Virus record (IMG/VR): IMGVR_UViG_3300032087_002848
Span: 1 to 55,797 of that record
DNA length: 55,797 nucleotides
Direction: 5' to 3' (one strand)
Source: a virus
Taxonomy: Duplodnaviria > Caudoviricetes
In this document: positions 18,039 through 26,569 of the stretch, piece after piece
How positions within the stretch are numbered: the stretch's first letter is position 1
Layout: each line of letters starts with the position of its first letter
Notes under the pieces: generated by a model
Told to the model about the DNA's origin: nothing
What the model saw: the letters and a program-made list of their open reading frames with translations, nothing else
Database searches by the model: none
Program-made: the position numbers and the translations under genes

Positions 18039-20561
18039 TCAATATTGCTTCATACTCACAATTCCACCTTCCGGTGACTTAAACGAACGCTCCCCGGGCC
18101 GTCGCCCAAGGACCACGTCTAACTGCTCATAAAGCTTCGGATCAACCCGATTAGCAAGCTGACGAGGCGTCGTAGCAAGACCAGCTAACTTCAATAACTT
18201 CGCGCCAAAAGCCTCGTTGCGTTGGTCCGTGGGCCGCGGATCACGGCTCACGGGTACGGTGACGATGCCGCCTTCATCAAACTTAATGGTCCGCGAACCA
18301 TAGATCCTGTAATCGTCGGTATCCGGGTTATAGCTCCCCTCCACACGATAACCTTCTGGACTTTCATAATAGCCAGAGATGTTACCATACTCTACGCCGT
18401 CTGTGCCGTATTTGAGGCTCTCGGGGGCCCCAAAGAAACGAGCCTCATCACTAAAATCCATTTTACCTTCGAGGTAATTAGCCTCCCGACCTATACCAAA
18501 ACGCCGACCTTCTGGCGTTAAAACCTCAATCCCTAATTTTCCAAACGCCTCATCTTCTGATGTTTCCACAAAAGGGTTTCTAGATTGTTTTCCAAGATCC
18601 CCTTGAGCAAAAACCTTTGGCATTATGGCATAATCACCAACACCAAAGGACAATTGCTCTGATGGAAGGGGTGAACCTTGTCCTAAATCGACCGCAGAAC
18701 CTCCTACTTCTCCACCGCTTTCAAATACCTTTGTCGAATACCCTCGTTCAACAGGCGCGTTAAAGTTCGCAATAGATTTTTCTAAGTTCTCGAGAAGCAT
18801 TTCAGGCGTTATTTCCTCCGCCGTGAAAAGATACTCTTCCGGCACACCACGTTTCCGCTGATCCATGCGAAGAAAATGTAACATATCCTGACGCGCCCCG
18901 AGTATAACCTGTTCCCCGTAAGGCGCTTTATTATAATCTTTGGCGGGCATAGTTAGGATGTCATCTAAAACACGGAGCACAATATCTCTATTTTCAGGCG
19001 TAGGGTTATTTAAATACCTGCCTATAGGATAAAACGACTCGCGCTCTTCCTTATACTCTTCTGGAAGATTTTCCCCGCTTCTTATATGCTCACTGGCTTG
19101 CATTGATTCAATCAGAAAATGCTCTGGATTACTCGTATACGGGCTCCGGTCCTTAATGCTTCGCTCACGTATCACTTCAGACAAAATACTTAAAGGGGAG
19201 CTCTCTACCGGAGACATACCAACATCTAAAGGATCTGTTATTGATTTTATGCCAGCATGTTCCAGCTCATGCCTAATCACCCCTTTTTCCGCATCCTGAC
19301 CTACTATAATACCGCGCGAAGGTATGTTTACCGGGCCCCGCGAGCCTTCATAAGCAGTTTTGCTTGATCCCTCCCTAACAGGGACCGGAAAAGTATTCGG
19401 GTTATAAACACCCGCACTAGGAACACCCGCGATGTACAACGGGAGCTCTTCGACAGTAGCATCTCCGCCTAAGTTACGAATGAGGCTGGACAAGCCACCT
19501 TCTGAAGAACGAAGTTGAATTTCCCGTAGGCCGCGTTGCGCGAGATTTGAGGCCATGTCATCGCCAGAGCCGATAACGTCCACAACAAACTCGGTGTCGG
19601 CCAACCCAAACAAATCATCTAGCGTGAACACGTCGTTGGCGTAAGGGCCTTCGCCGACCACGCCGCCTTGGTCAAATTGTTCAAAGGGATGTAATTCCCG
19701 TCCCGTATCTGGCTTTGTATTAAAATTCATAGAGGCTTGCATCAAGCTATCAAGAAGCTGGTATGGAAGAATTTGATTAGCAATGGGTGTTTTTCTGCTA
19801 AAAACCCCGTCTTCTTTTAACATATGAATAGCGGTGTTATACACGCTGCGATCAAAAAAGTTGCTTCTACTCGGACTAGACAAAGCCTGTTGAATACGAT
19901 GTAAGGCTTGATCCCTGTTTTCATCCGAGGGATCATTCATATATTGAGCTATTGTATCAAAGCCTAACCGACCAACACTTTGTGCTTCTTTAGAAAGCTT
20001 TTCTCCTGTTTTTAATCTAGTAGAAGCATCTAAACTTTCTATTAACAAATGCTCTGCATCGGAAGAGTCGCCTTTTTCAAGGACTTTAGATAGCGCATCC
20101 ATAGGTACGGGTACTTCATATCCCCCAAGTTCCATAGAACGCCGCAAGGCATCAAAGCCACGATGGGCTAACTCATGCCTAATTCCGCCGGTGGAAATAG
20201 ACGGGTTTGTTAAAATACCACCGGGCGCAACTTCTACAACGCCACGGCTTCCAATTGAGCTAAAGGCGTGTGGTTTGAAGGGATCTTTGTTATATATAGC
20301 CCCTGCTCCGGATAAACCCGCATCTGGACCTAAATCTGCTCCTACGTTTCGTATTTTTTCCCACAAATCGCCGCGTCTAGTGCTCGCGTTAATACTCTGT
20401 ATGCCACGTTCTGCAAGACCATAGGCGGAATCGTCTCCATACCCAATAAGATCTACGGTTAACTCAGTGTCGGCCAACCCACGTAAGTGGCGTTGCTCTC
20501 TGTCTTCCAAATACCCTTGAACAGCGTCTGCGGCCCCTGTGTTAACTTTTGACTCAGCCAT
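18039..20561 (-). CDS. Multidomain putative virion cargo protein with two HExxH (zincin-like) domains
   Basis: IRHELAH and IRHELEH in duplicated domains; domains separated by FDQGG, FESGG, FDEGG and PEGG. Confidence 0.6.
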   Translation of the reverse strand: MAESKVNTGAADAVQGYLEDREQRHLRGLADTELTVDLIGYGDDSAYGLAERGIQSINASTRRGDLWEKIRNVGADLGPDAGLSGAGAIYNKDPFKPHAFSSIGSRGVVEVAPGGILTNPSISTGGIRHELAHRGFDALRRSMELGGYEVPVPMDALSKVLEKGDSSDAEHLLIESLDASTRLKTGEKLSKEAQSVGRLGFDTIAQYMNDPSDENRDQALHRIQQALSSPSRSNFFDRSVYNTAIHMLKEDGVFSRKTPIANQILPYQLLDSLMQASMNFNTKPDTGRELHPFEQFDQGGVVGEGPYANDVFTLDDLFGLADTEFVVDVIGSGDDMASNLAQRGLREIQLRSSEGGLSSLIRNLGGDATVEELPLYIAGVPSAGVYNPNTFPVPVREGSSKTAYEGSRGPVNIPSRGIIVGQDAEKGVIRHELEHAGIKSITDPLDVGMSPVESSPLSILSEVIRERSIKDRSPYTSNPEHFLIESMQASEHIRSGENLPEEYKEERESFYPIGRYLNNPTPENRDIVLRVLDDILTMPAKDYNKAPYGEQVILGARQDMLHFLRMDQRKRGVPEEYLFTAEEITPEMLLENLEKSIANFNAPVERGYSTKVFESGGEVGGSAVDLGQGSPLPSEQLSFGVGDYAIMPKVFAQGDLGKQSRNPFVETSEDEAFGKLGIEVLTPEGRRFGIGREANYLEGKMDFSDEARFFGAPESLKYGTDGVEYGNISGYYESPEGYRVEGSYNPDTDDYRIYGSRTIKFDEGGIVTVPVSRDPRPTDQRNEAFGAKLLKLAGLATTPRQLANRVDPKLYEQLDVVLGRRPGERSFKSPEGGIVSMKQY

Positions 20562-20576
20562 TAAACATCTCCGCGC

Positions 20577-21380
20577 TCATCGGCCCATTATACGCTCTAT
20601 TTGAGATAAAATCTCGGGGTTTATCATTCTATTGTCTACAGGGAGGTCTACAACGCCGCCTTCCGCCTTATTTATTTCTGGTTCTACTTCTATACGAACT
20701 GACATTGGCCTACCTTCCGGGCCCCGAACAATCAACTCTCCTTCCGCCTCATAACCAGCGAAAAGAACATCGTCCTTATCAACTTCAAAAAATCTTTTTT
20801 CTCTCCTGCCCTCTACACCAGCTTTAGGGTCCGAATAGTTTTCGGTTCTTGAAACCGGTATTTTATCACCCGGAAATGTTCTATCTAAGTTAGCTCGTAA
20901 CACATCGGCGTAATCAAGGTACTCATCCGAAGATAAGGCTTTGTTTAGTGACGTGAAATCTATGTCATAGATATATTTATTTAAGTTTTCACCAATTTCT
21001 GGGAACTCTAAAAGCGCCCCTTGATCCCCCATAGCATCAAAAAAATCTGTTTTTTCTAGGGTCCTACTTCCACGTAAAGACTTTCCTAAAGCTTGTGCAC
21101 CTTTAAGGGCTGCACCCAAAGGAGCCGTAGCCCCCATCATATACAAAGCATCTCCCGCGCCGCCTAACACCTGTAACCCGGCACCTAAATAATCGCCTTT
21201 TCCTATGTTTTCAGAAAAAGAAGGGGACATCTGACCGGGGTTAAACGGGTCCGGCATTTGGCCAAAAAGATCCGCAATACCCGCGCCGGGTACAAAACCC
21301 GCTCCCAGCGCTGCTGTAGTATGGGCCACTGACCCTACATCAACTTTACTGGTGGGCGTTTTGTCTTTTGACTCAGCCAT
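20577..21380 (-). CDS. Putative virion cargo protein: Gly-rich hydrophobic N-terminus plus ADP-ribosyltransferase-like C-terminus
   Basis: GFVPGAG...LGAGLQVLGGAG; IPVSR...FEVDKDDVLF..EAEGELIV; KAEGG. Confidence 0.45.
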   Translation of the reverse strand: MAESKDKTPTSKVDVGSVAHTTAALGAGFVPGAGIADLFGQMPDPFNPGQMSPSFSENIGKGDYLGAGLQVLGGAGDALYMMGATAPLGAALKGAQALGKSLRGSRTLEKTDFFDAMGDQGALLEFPEIGENLNKYIYDIDFTSLNKALSSDEYLDYADVLRANLDRTFPGDKIPVSRTENYSDPKAGVEGRREKRFFEVDKDDVLFAGYEAEGELIVRGPEGRPMSVRIEVEPEINKAEGGVVDLPVDNRMINPEILSQIERIMGR

Positions 21381-21394
21381 GTGACAGAAAACCC

Positions 21395-22840
21395 CTAGTA
21401 ATATGCCCGCACTTTAACAGAAGTCTCACCATCTTCCCAGTCATCTGTTGGAAGCTGTACAAAGTTACCCTGACGATAACGCATCAAGGCCTGTGTCATA
21501 CTATCAACCAAGTCGTCATGCTCCCCGTTTGGAAACGCCGCGACCTCTTCAATCATCTCATCCGCAAATACCGTGTCGGGGGCCCAAACCATGCCCGCTT
21601 CAAACAGAGGAGAAACAGAGTGTACTCGCGTTACTTTATCATTTCCCTTACTCGGGGTAAAGTTGACGACAGGTATGCCCATGTTCCGTAGTTCGTGGGT
21701 CAAGGGCAGTCCAGAGGCTTTCGCTTCCACAATTACTGTGTCGGGCTCCCAGTATTTATATTGATCCAAAGCCACCTGCTTCAACTCTGGAAAATCCCAA
21801 CGATCCTTCTTACTGTCCAAAAGTATGAGTCCCGGCGGGCCCCCTATCTCCTCTGGACGAAAAACACCCCACGTTGTTATCGCGCTAAAATCAGCCGTCT
21901 CGCGTTTACTGAACGCCGTGTCATAGCTCTGAATGACGTATTCAAGATTAGGTATGTTCTTCTTTTCCCAGCGCTGCCACCACTGGCGCGGTATAATCGC
22001 GTTCTCTTCGCCCGTCGGGTTCTGCTGATACTGCGCGTTCCATTTGCTGGGAGGTATAGATGCGCGGACCGCGGTCAGATCCTCAATGCTCCAGAACTCT
22101 GGCCAACACGGAGTGCCGTCATCAAAAATCGCAGGGAGTTCCACAACTTCCCACTGATCCGCTAGGGGGTCTTTAGCCATCGCCTTCAAAAGCTGGCCTG
22201 TCATGTCCTTTTCAGACCACCGGGTCTGTACCAGAACTATCGAGCCCCCCGGCTGGAGCCTCTGTCGGGGGCCCCCGGTGTACCAATCCCAAGCATCATC
22301 AAACCCGTTCGCTGACATAGCTGTTTGTTCAGAGTGCGGGTCATCAATAATTACCAAGTCACCACCACGACCCGCGAGGTTTGACCCAACTCCGACGGCA
22401 TAGTACATGCCGCCAGAAGAAGTGTCCCAGCGACCAGAAGCTTTACTATCCGCAGCCAGTTTAACATTTGGAAAGACCTCCTTGAACTCGTCGCTATCCA
22501 AAAGGTTTTTCGTTTTACGACCAAAGTTGACGGCTAGCTCCGTTGTGTGAGTAGCCTGAATGATCTTCATGCGCGGGTTTTTACCCATCATCCAAGCGGG
22601 AAACAAGAACGAAGCGAACTCTGACTTCGTATGACGCGGGGCCATGTTGATGATCAGGCGCTTTAAGTCGCCTTTTGCGACCCTTTCCAACTTTTCAGCA
22701 ATAATTTTGTGGTGTCGGCCCGCAATAAACTCCGGCCACATGGATTTTACAAACGTCAAAAAATCATTCTGACAAGCTTCATTCTTCTCGATTTGGGCAA
22801 GCCGTAAACGAAGCTTTAGTTCTTGATCAGAAACATCCAT
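21395..22840 (-). CDS. terL: Terminase large subunit
   Basis: INMAPRHTKS Walker A, IIDDPH Walker B, QTRW, SYDTA and HDDLVD nuclease motifs. Confidence 0.95.
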   Translation of the reverse strand: MDVSDQELKLRLRLAQIEKNEACQNDFLTFVKSMWPEFIAGRHHKIIAEKLERVAKGDLKRLIINMAPRHTKSEFASFLFPAWMMGKNPRMKIIQATHTTELAVNFGRKTKNLLDSDEFKEVFPNVKLAADSKASGRWDTSSGGMYYAVGVGSNLAGRGGDLVIIDDPHSEQTAMSANGFDDAWDWYTGGPRQRLQPGGSIVLVQTRWSEKDMTGQLLKAMAKDPLADQWEVVELPAIFDDGTPCWPEFWSIEDLTAVRASIPPSKWNAQYQQNPTGEENAIIPRQWWQRWEKKNIPNLEYVIQSYDTAFSKRETADFSAITTWGVFRPEEIGGPPGLILLDSKKDRWDFPELKQVALDQYKYWEPDTVIVEAKASGLPLTHELRNMGIPVVNFTPSKGNDKVTRVHSVSPLFEAGMVWAPDTVFADEMIEEVAAFPNGEHDDLVDSMTQALMRYRQGNFVQLPTDDWEDGETSVKVRAYY

Positions 22841-22931
22841 CGGGGGCCCCTAAATTGAAATAATATTTCAATAAATATGCCTAATTTTTAGTCAGTTAAC
22901 GATAATAAGCATTTTATCAAAAAATAAGCAA

Positions 22932-22947
22932 TGTTTCACGTGAAACA
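22932..22947. promoter_or_regulatory. parS-like palindrome TGTTTCACGTGAAACA
   Basis: Exact 16-bp match to the bacterial chromosomal parS consensus; intergenic. Confidence 0.75.
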
Positions 22948-23087
22948 ACCATATCATTTTTTGCAGTATTGTTTGTGAAAAACATGGCCCTTGCCCCCGC
23001 ACTCAACCGCTAGGGTCGATTTTCGTGGATTTTGTCGATTTTCCCAACATTTCCGGCCATTTGACCCGATAGCCCGGGGCCCCTAGC

Positions 23088-23216
23088 CATGGTCCGCGGA
23101 CCGCGGTCCGGTGCCCGGGTTTTTAGATTCCGATTCCGATTCCAATCGCCCGGTGCTCACGGCTCACGGGCCGGGGCTCATGATTGATCGCCCGGCAACC
23201 ACGGATCACGGGCCGG
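23088..23216. repeat. GC-rich heptamer/palindrome cluster
   Basis: GGTCCGCGGACCGCGGTCC, CACGGCTCACGGG, CACGGATCACGGG and (GATTCC)3 in non-coding DNA. Confidence 0.6.
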
Positions 23217-23315
23217 TGAAAATGTTGCGCGGTAAGTTTGAGAAGGTGCGGGGGCGGCGGGGCGGGGCAGCATTAACTGCTTTTAAATCGATTTAAATGG
23301 GGTCTAGGCGCGCAT

Positions 23316-23348
23316 AAAAAAAACCCGCTAGGTAGTTAGCCTAGCGGG
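23316..23348 (-). terminator. Intrinsic terminator
   Basis: CCCGCTAGG/CCTAGCGGG stem plus U8. Confidence 0.75.
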
Positions 23349-23371
23349 CGAGATAAGCGATCAGTGACGCG

Positions 23372-23602
23372 CTATTCGGCGGCGCTTTCCATTTCCGCAA
23401 CTGCCGTGGCTAAGTAGTCAATCGCAGTATCTAGATAGTCTATGGCTTGTTGCGCGGCATCGCCCCGATCGCCGTCTTGGAAGCTTTCCGGCATATTGTC
23501 GAAAGCCTCTTGTTCCGCATCGCGGATTTCTTCGACAAGAACGGCGAGCTCATCAATTTGAGCGCCTAGCCATTTTAACTTTTTTCGTCTTTCGTTGTTC
23601 AT
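23372..23602 (-). CDS. Acidic helical early protein
   Basis: MNNERRK...EQEAFDNMPESFQ..DRG; start reassigned. Confidence 0.6.
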   Translation of the reverse strand: MNNERRKKLKWLGAQIDELAVLVEEIRDAEQEAFDNMPESFQDGDRGDAAQQAIDYLDTAIDYLATAVAEMESAAE

Positions 23603-23784
23603 TAGATAGCCCCCAAAAATACGATTAAAAATGCCGCTAAAACAAAAACCCCAAAAGGAACATTGGATAGTTTTTCGTCCATGGCGTGCCAATTAAGAAA
23701 ATCCCGGCGCTGACGTTGGCGGCGGGTTAATTCAAAATCCGCGCCTTGCATAATGCTACGGTCTTTTTTGGTTAAGTAATCCAT
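23602..23784 (-). CDS. Small protein with C-terminal TM
   Basis: GGGAAGG RBS; hydrophobic tail. Confidence 0.5.
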   Translation of the reverse strand: MDYLTKKDRSIMQGADFELTRRQRQRRDFLNWHAMDEKLSNVPFGVFVLAAFLIVFLGAI

Positions 23785-23840
23785 TTTTAATCCTTCCCAT
23801 AGTTAGTTATAGGTTTTTATCTCATATAATCGCATAAATG

Positions 23841-23863
23841 AAAAGCCCCGCACGAGGCGGGGC
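23841..23863 (-). terminator. Intrinsic terminator abutting the next promoter
   Basis: GCCCCGC/GCGGGGC stem plus U4. Confidence 0.65.
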
Positions 23864-23888
23864 AATTCAGGGGTTTATGAGGGGCGGG

Positions 23889-24068
23889 TTAATCGTCGGC
23901 GGTATTGCCCCACTCTAACCAGTCTTTAAGTTCTATGGGATAGCCGCCGTTATCGCTGCATCGGATAACGTAGGCCTCATATCGTTGGAACGTTTCCAAC
24001 GATACGTGACGATTGACGCGAGCTTGCCATTTTAAAAAACGGCGGCGCTTGGAATTAGTCTTAAACAT
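23889..24068 (-). CDS. 59-aa hypothetical protein (absent from ORF track)
   Basis: MFKTNSKRRRF...WGNTADD; AAGGA RBS. Confidence 0.5.
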   Translation of the reverse strand: MFKTNSKRRRFLKWQARVNRHVSLETFQRYEAYVIRCSDNGGYPIELKDWLEWGNTADD

Positions 24069-24083
24069 ACCAAAAAATCCTTT

Positions 24084-24758
24084 CTATTGAGCTGCGACGG
24101 CGGAAGCTTTCCGCTTGTTATTCCCATGCGCCGGGAAGCCGACAATAACCTTCCGGTTAGCCTTGGCGCATAAACCGCATTCTTTACAAGAGGTGTCTTT
24201 ATATGTGGCGGGGCATTGCGCTACGAGGCGGCCTTGCGGCGTGGTAGTTTTGCGCCCGTTAAAATCGGCGGGTAAGACGGCGGCAACGGGTCCAATATCC
24301 AACGCGGCTAATTCGTCGGCATGGGCTAGGGTATTAGCCGATAGGTTAACAGTAAAACCGCCCCGGTTAGCATCGGCGATAATTTCCGCGTTATGGCCAA
24401 CGTGTGGTTCATAGTGAGTAAAAGTAAACCCGGCCTTGCCAGAGTTAGAAGATACAAGCTCGCGCATATCGTCGGGGTTTATGTTAACGCCGTCGCCCGG
24501 TAGATCGCCCGCTTGATTATGCCGCCACAATTGGCCTTCCGGCAGCGCCGCAATTTGCGCCAAAAAAGCTTTAAAGCTTCCGCCGCGCTCGCCCCGGGTC
24601 ACCTCATCCCAACGCCCCTTTAAGGGGTAGCCGTCCGCATAGCATCCATTGGATTTGAAGGGGCAAGCGTCGGGGCACGTATCCGCCGACGTGGTGGATA
24701 CCGGAATAGGTCCGGTCTTTTTGTTTTTACTTTTTACAGTCAAGAAATAGTTGCTCAT
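24084..24758 (-). CDS. Cys-rich Gp88-like (radical-SAM-derived) protein
   Basis: NKKTG, CPDACP..GCYA, RHNQAGD, FTHY and CPA...CKECGLC motifs. Confidence 0.55.
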   Translation of the reverse strand: MSNYFLTVKSKNKKTGPIPVSTTSADTCPDACPFKSNGCYADGYPLKGRWDEVTRGERGGSFKAFLAQIAALPEGQLWRHNQAGDLPGDGVNINPDDMRELVSSNSGKAGFTFTHYEPHVGHNAEIIADANRGGFTVNLSANTLAHADELAALDIGPVAAVLPADFNGRKTTTPQGRLVAQCPATYKDTSCKECGLCAKANRKVIVGFPAHGNNKRKASAVAAQ

Positions 24759-24827
24759 TGGTTAAACCTTCCCATAGAAAATTTTAAAAGTTTTCTTTAC
24801 TCGCATACAATCCCATCCAATGCAAAC

Positions 24828-24857
24828 AAAAAAAAACCCCGCCGGGTTAGGGCGGGG
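24828..24857 (-). terminator. Intrinsic terminator
   Basis: CCCCGCC/GGCGGGG stem plus U9. Confidence 0.7.
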
Positions 24858-24885
24858 CAAGTTAGGGGAAGGTGTAGGGTTTATT

Positions 24886-26007
24886 TTATGCGGCGATGCG
24901 CTGCCAGTCGGCGCGGCGCAAGTTTAACAGCTCGCCGCCCCGGCGCTGCCACGTGTCCACATCGTCGGCGTCGGCCTTGTGAGCTACCGCCGTCATTGCA
25001 TTAATAAGGGTAGCTCGAGAAAGCGGTTTTTCGCGCTCATATCCCGACTGGCCGATGGTATCAAGTAAACCATTTAGAACATCTGACGTTTCTTTTTTGG
25101 TTAACTTCATAACCGCGCCCAAGTTATCAACGACGGCGGCCTTGTCGGCGGCGGGGTCCACTACGTCGGCGGCGGCGGCCCGCATACTTTCAAGCACGCC
25201 GTCGAAAGCTTCACGGCTAGAATAAACCCCGACAAGGTCACGGATTTTCAATTCAAGCGCCCGGTTATCCGCATCTTTAGCCTGATCCGATAACAAGCCC
25301 CAGTCGTCGCTATCGCGCCCGCTAGTGATATGACTTGAGCGGGTTTGATTTTGGGTTTGTAGGCCATTTGAACATGCTAGCGTCCAACTTACTTGGTAAA
25401 CCATGATAGAGCCCGCGCCGACTTCCGAATTTTGCAAGCCAATGCCATTAGCCATAATATCGCCAACGCTAGCGCCCTGCCCGGTTTGAACCAACGACTT
25501 TAAACGCAGATACAAGCGCTTATCCGTGACAGTGGCGTTAACAACCTGAAACTGAGCCGGGTTATCCATTAATTGGGGCAATGCGGAATTAAGCAAGTTA
25601 ACGTGATCAAACGTCTTAAACTTATCGGAAACAAACGCCCGCAATGTCCCCAAGCCGTCAAGGCTATCATACGTGCGAAGCATCCGGACGGATGTTTCTT
25701 TCCGCCAGATCGCATTAACCAAATCATCAAACTGCCGCGAGTAATTAGCTTGCAGGCGACGGGCCGTTCTAACATCAATCCCGGCGTGAGCGGCTATCTG
25801 ACCGAAGGCTACTTCGTTGATATCTAAAATCTCGGTAGGTTTGCCCGCGCAAGCCTCTAAAATAATGCGAGGTTTGCCTTCTTCGGTGGTGACTTTTTGC
25901 AAGTGGTTGCTTGGTGCAATGTAGTCAACCTTTCGGGCGGCATCATCGCGGACCTTCTCTAAGAGGCGGGTCAAGGTGTTTTTACTGTCTTCGATTGAAT
26001 GTACCAT
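24886..26007 (-). CDS. DUF932-like protein
   Basis: RAFVSDKF, GIGLQNSEVGAGS, LACSNG and LINAMTAVAH motifs. Confidence 0.6.
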   Translation of the reverse strand: MVHSIEDSKNTLTRLLEKVRDDAARKVDYIAPSNHLQKVTTEEGKPRIILEACAGKPTEILDINEVAFGQIAAHAGIDVRTARRLQANYSRQFDDLVNAIWRKETSVRMLRTYDSLDGLGTLRAFVSDKFKTFDHVNLLNSALPQLMDNPAQFQVVNATVTDKRLYLRLKSLVQTGQGASVGDIMANGIGLQNSEVGAGSIMVYQVSWTLACSNGLQTQNQTRSSHITSGRDSDDWGLLSDQAKDADNRALELKIRDLVGVYSSREAFDGVLESMRAAAADVVDPAADKAAVVDNLGAVMKLTKKETSDVLNGLLDTIGQSGYEREKPLSRATLINAMTAVAHKADADDVDTWQRRGGELLNLRRADWQRIAA

Positions 26008-26123
26008 GATTAATTTTCCCATAGGTTTTAGGCTAGGTCAGCGCCTATTAAAAAAGACCTATGAGGTTTATCGTATATTTTAATATATACTGCAAGCGGA
26101 AATTTTAAAAATTTTAAGAGACC

Positions 26124-26149
26124 AAAAAAAAACCCCGCACTAGGCGGGG
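26124..26149 (-). terminator. Intrinsic terminator
   Basis: CCCCGC/GCGGGG stem plus U9. Confidence 0.7.
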
Positions 26150-26159
26150 CCTTAGTTAG

Positions 26160-26246
26160 TTATCGGCGGCGGCGTCGCCCTCGCCTAGCGTGTCTTTCCC
26201 AATCAGGTCCGTGAATAAGGCGGGCTATTAAAGATAACAAAAACAT
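26160..26246 (-). CDS. 28-aa peptide MFLLSLIARLIHGPDWERHARRGRRRRR
   Basis: TAATG overlap with the upstream stop, AGGGG RBS, ends just before a terminator. Confidence 0.45.
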   Translation of the reverse strand: MFLLSLIARLIHGPDWERHARRGRRRRR

Positions 26247-26524
26247 TAAACAGCCCCTTCTAAATCCAAAGGAACAGCCTCGCATCCGCCCTTTGAGGTA
26301 TTAAAGTAGACGTGATTAGCTTTTAAATTTTTAATTTTTTCGTTTCTAAACTTAACCCAGTTCTTAATGGCTTGGGGCTTCCACAACCCAGACAACCAAA
26401 CAAACCTATATCTTTTCTCTAATTGTGCTTCGTATGCAACTGGGTTTGCAACTGGACTCAATAGCGGTTCATCAATTTCAACCTCGTAAACGACTTGAGT
26501 CTGCTTCGAGAAATTATAACCCAT
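26246..26524 (-). CDS. Hypothetical early protein
   Basis: GGGAG RBS before MGYNF; has its own promoter-like region. Confidence 0.55.
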   Translation of the reverse strand: MGYNFSKQTQVVYEVEIDEPLLSPVANPVAYEAQLEKRYRFVWLSGLWKPQAIKNWVKFRNEKIKNLKANHVYFNTSKGGCEAVPLDLEGAV

Positions 26525-26569
26525 AGATTTTACTCCCGTATTAAACAACGATGCTGGGACATTATGCGA

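Noticed and set aside
23126-23143. Three tandem GANTC (CcrM) sites
   Set aside because: Simple hexamer repeat; no independent support for methylation control
23273-23296. CtrA box candidates
   Set aside because: TTAA half-sites are 6 bp apart, not the 7 bp of TTAA-N7-TTAA
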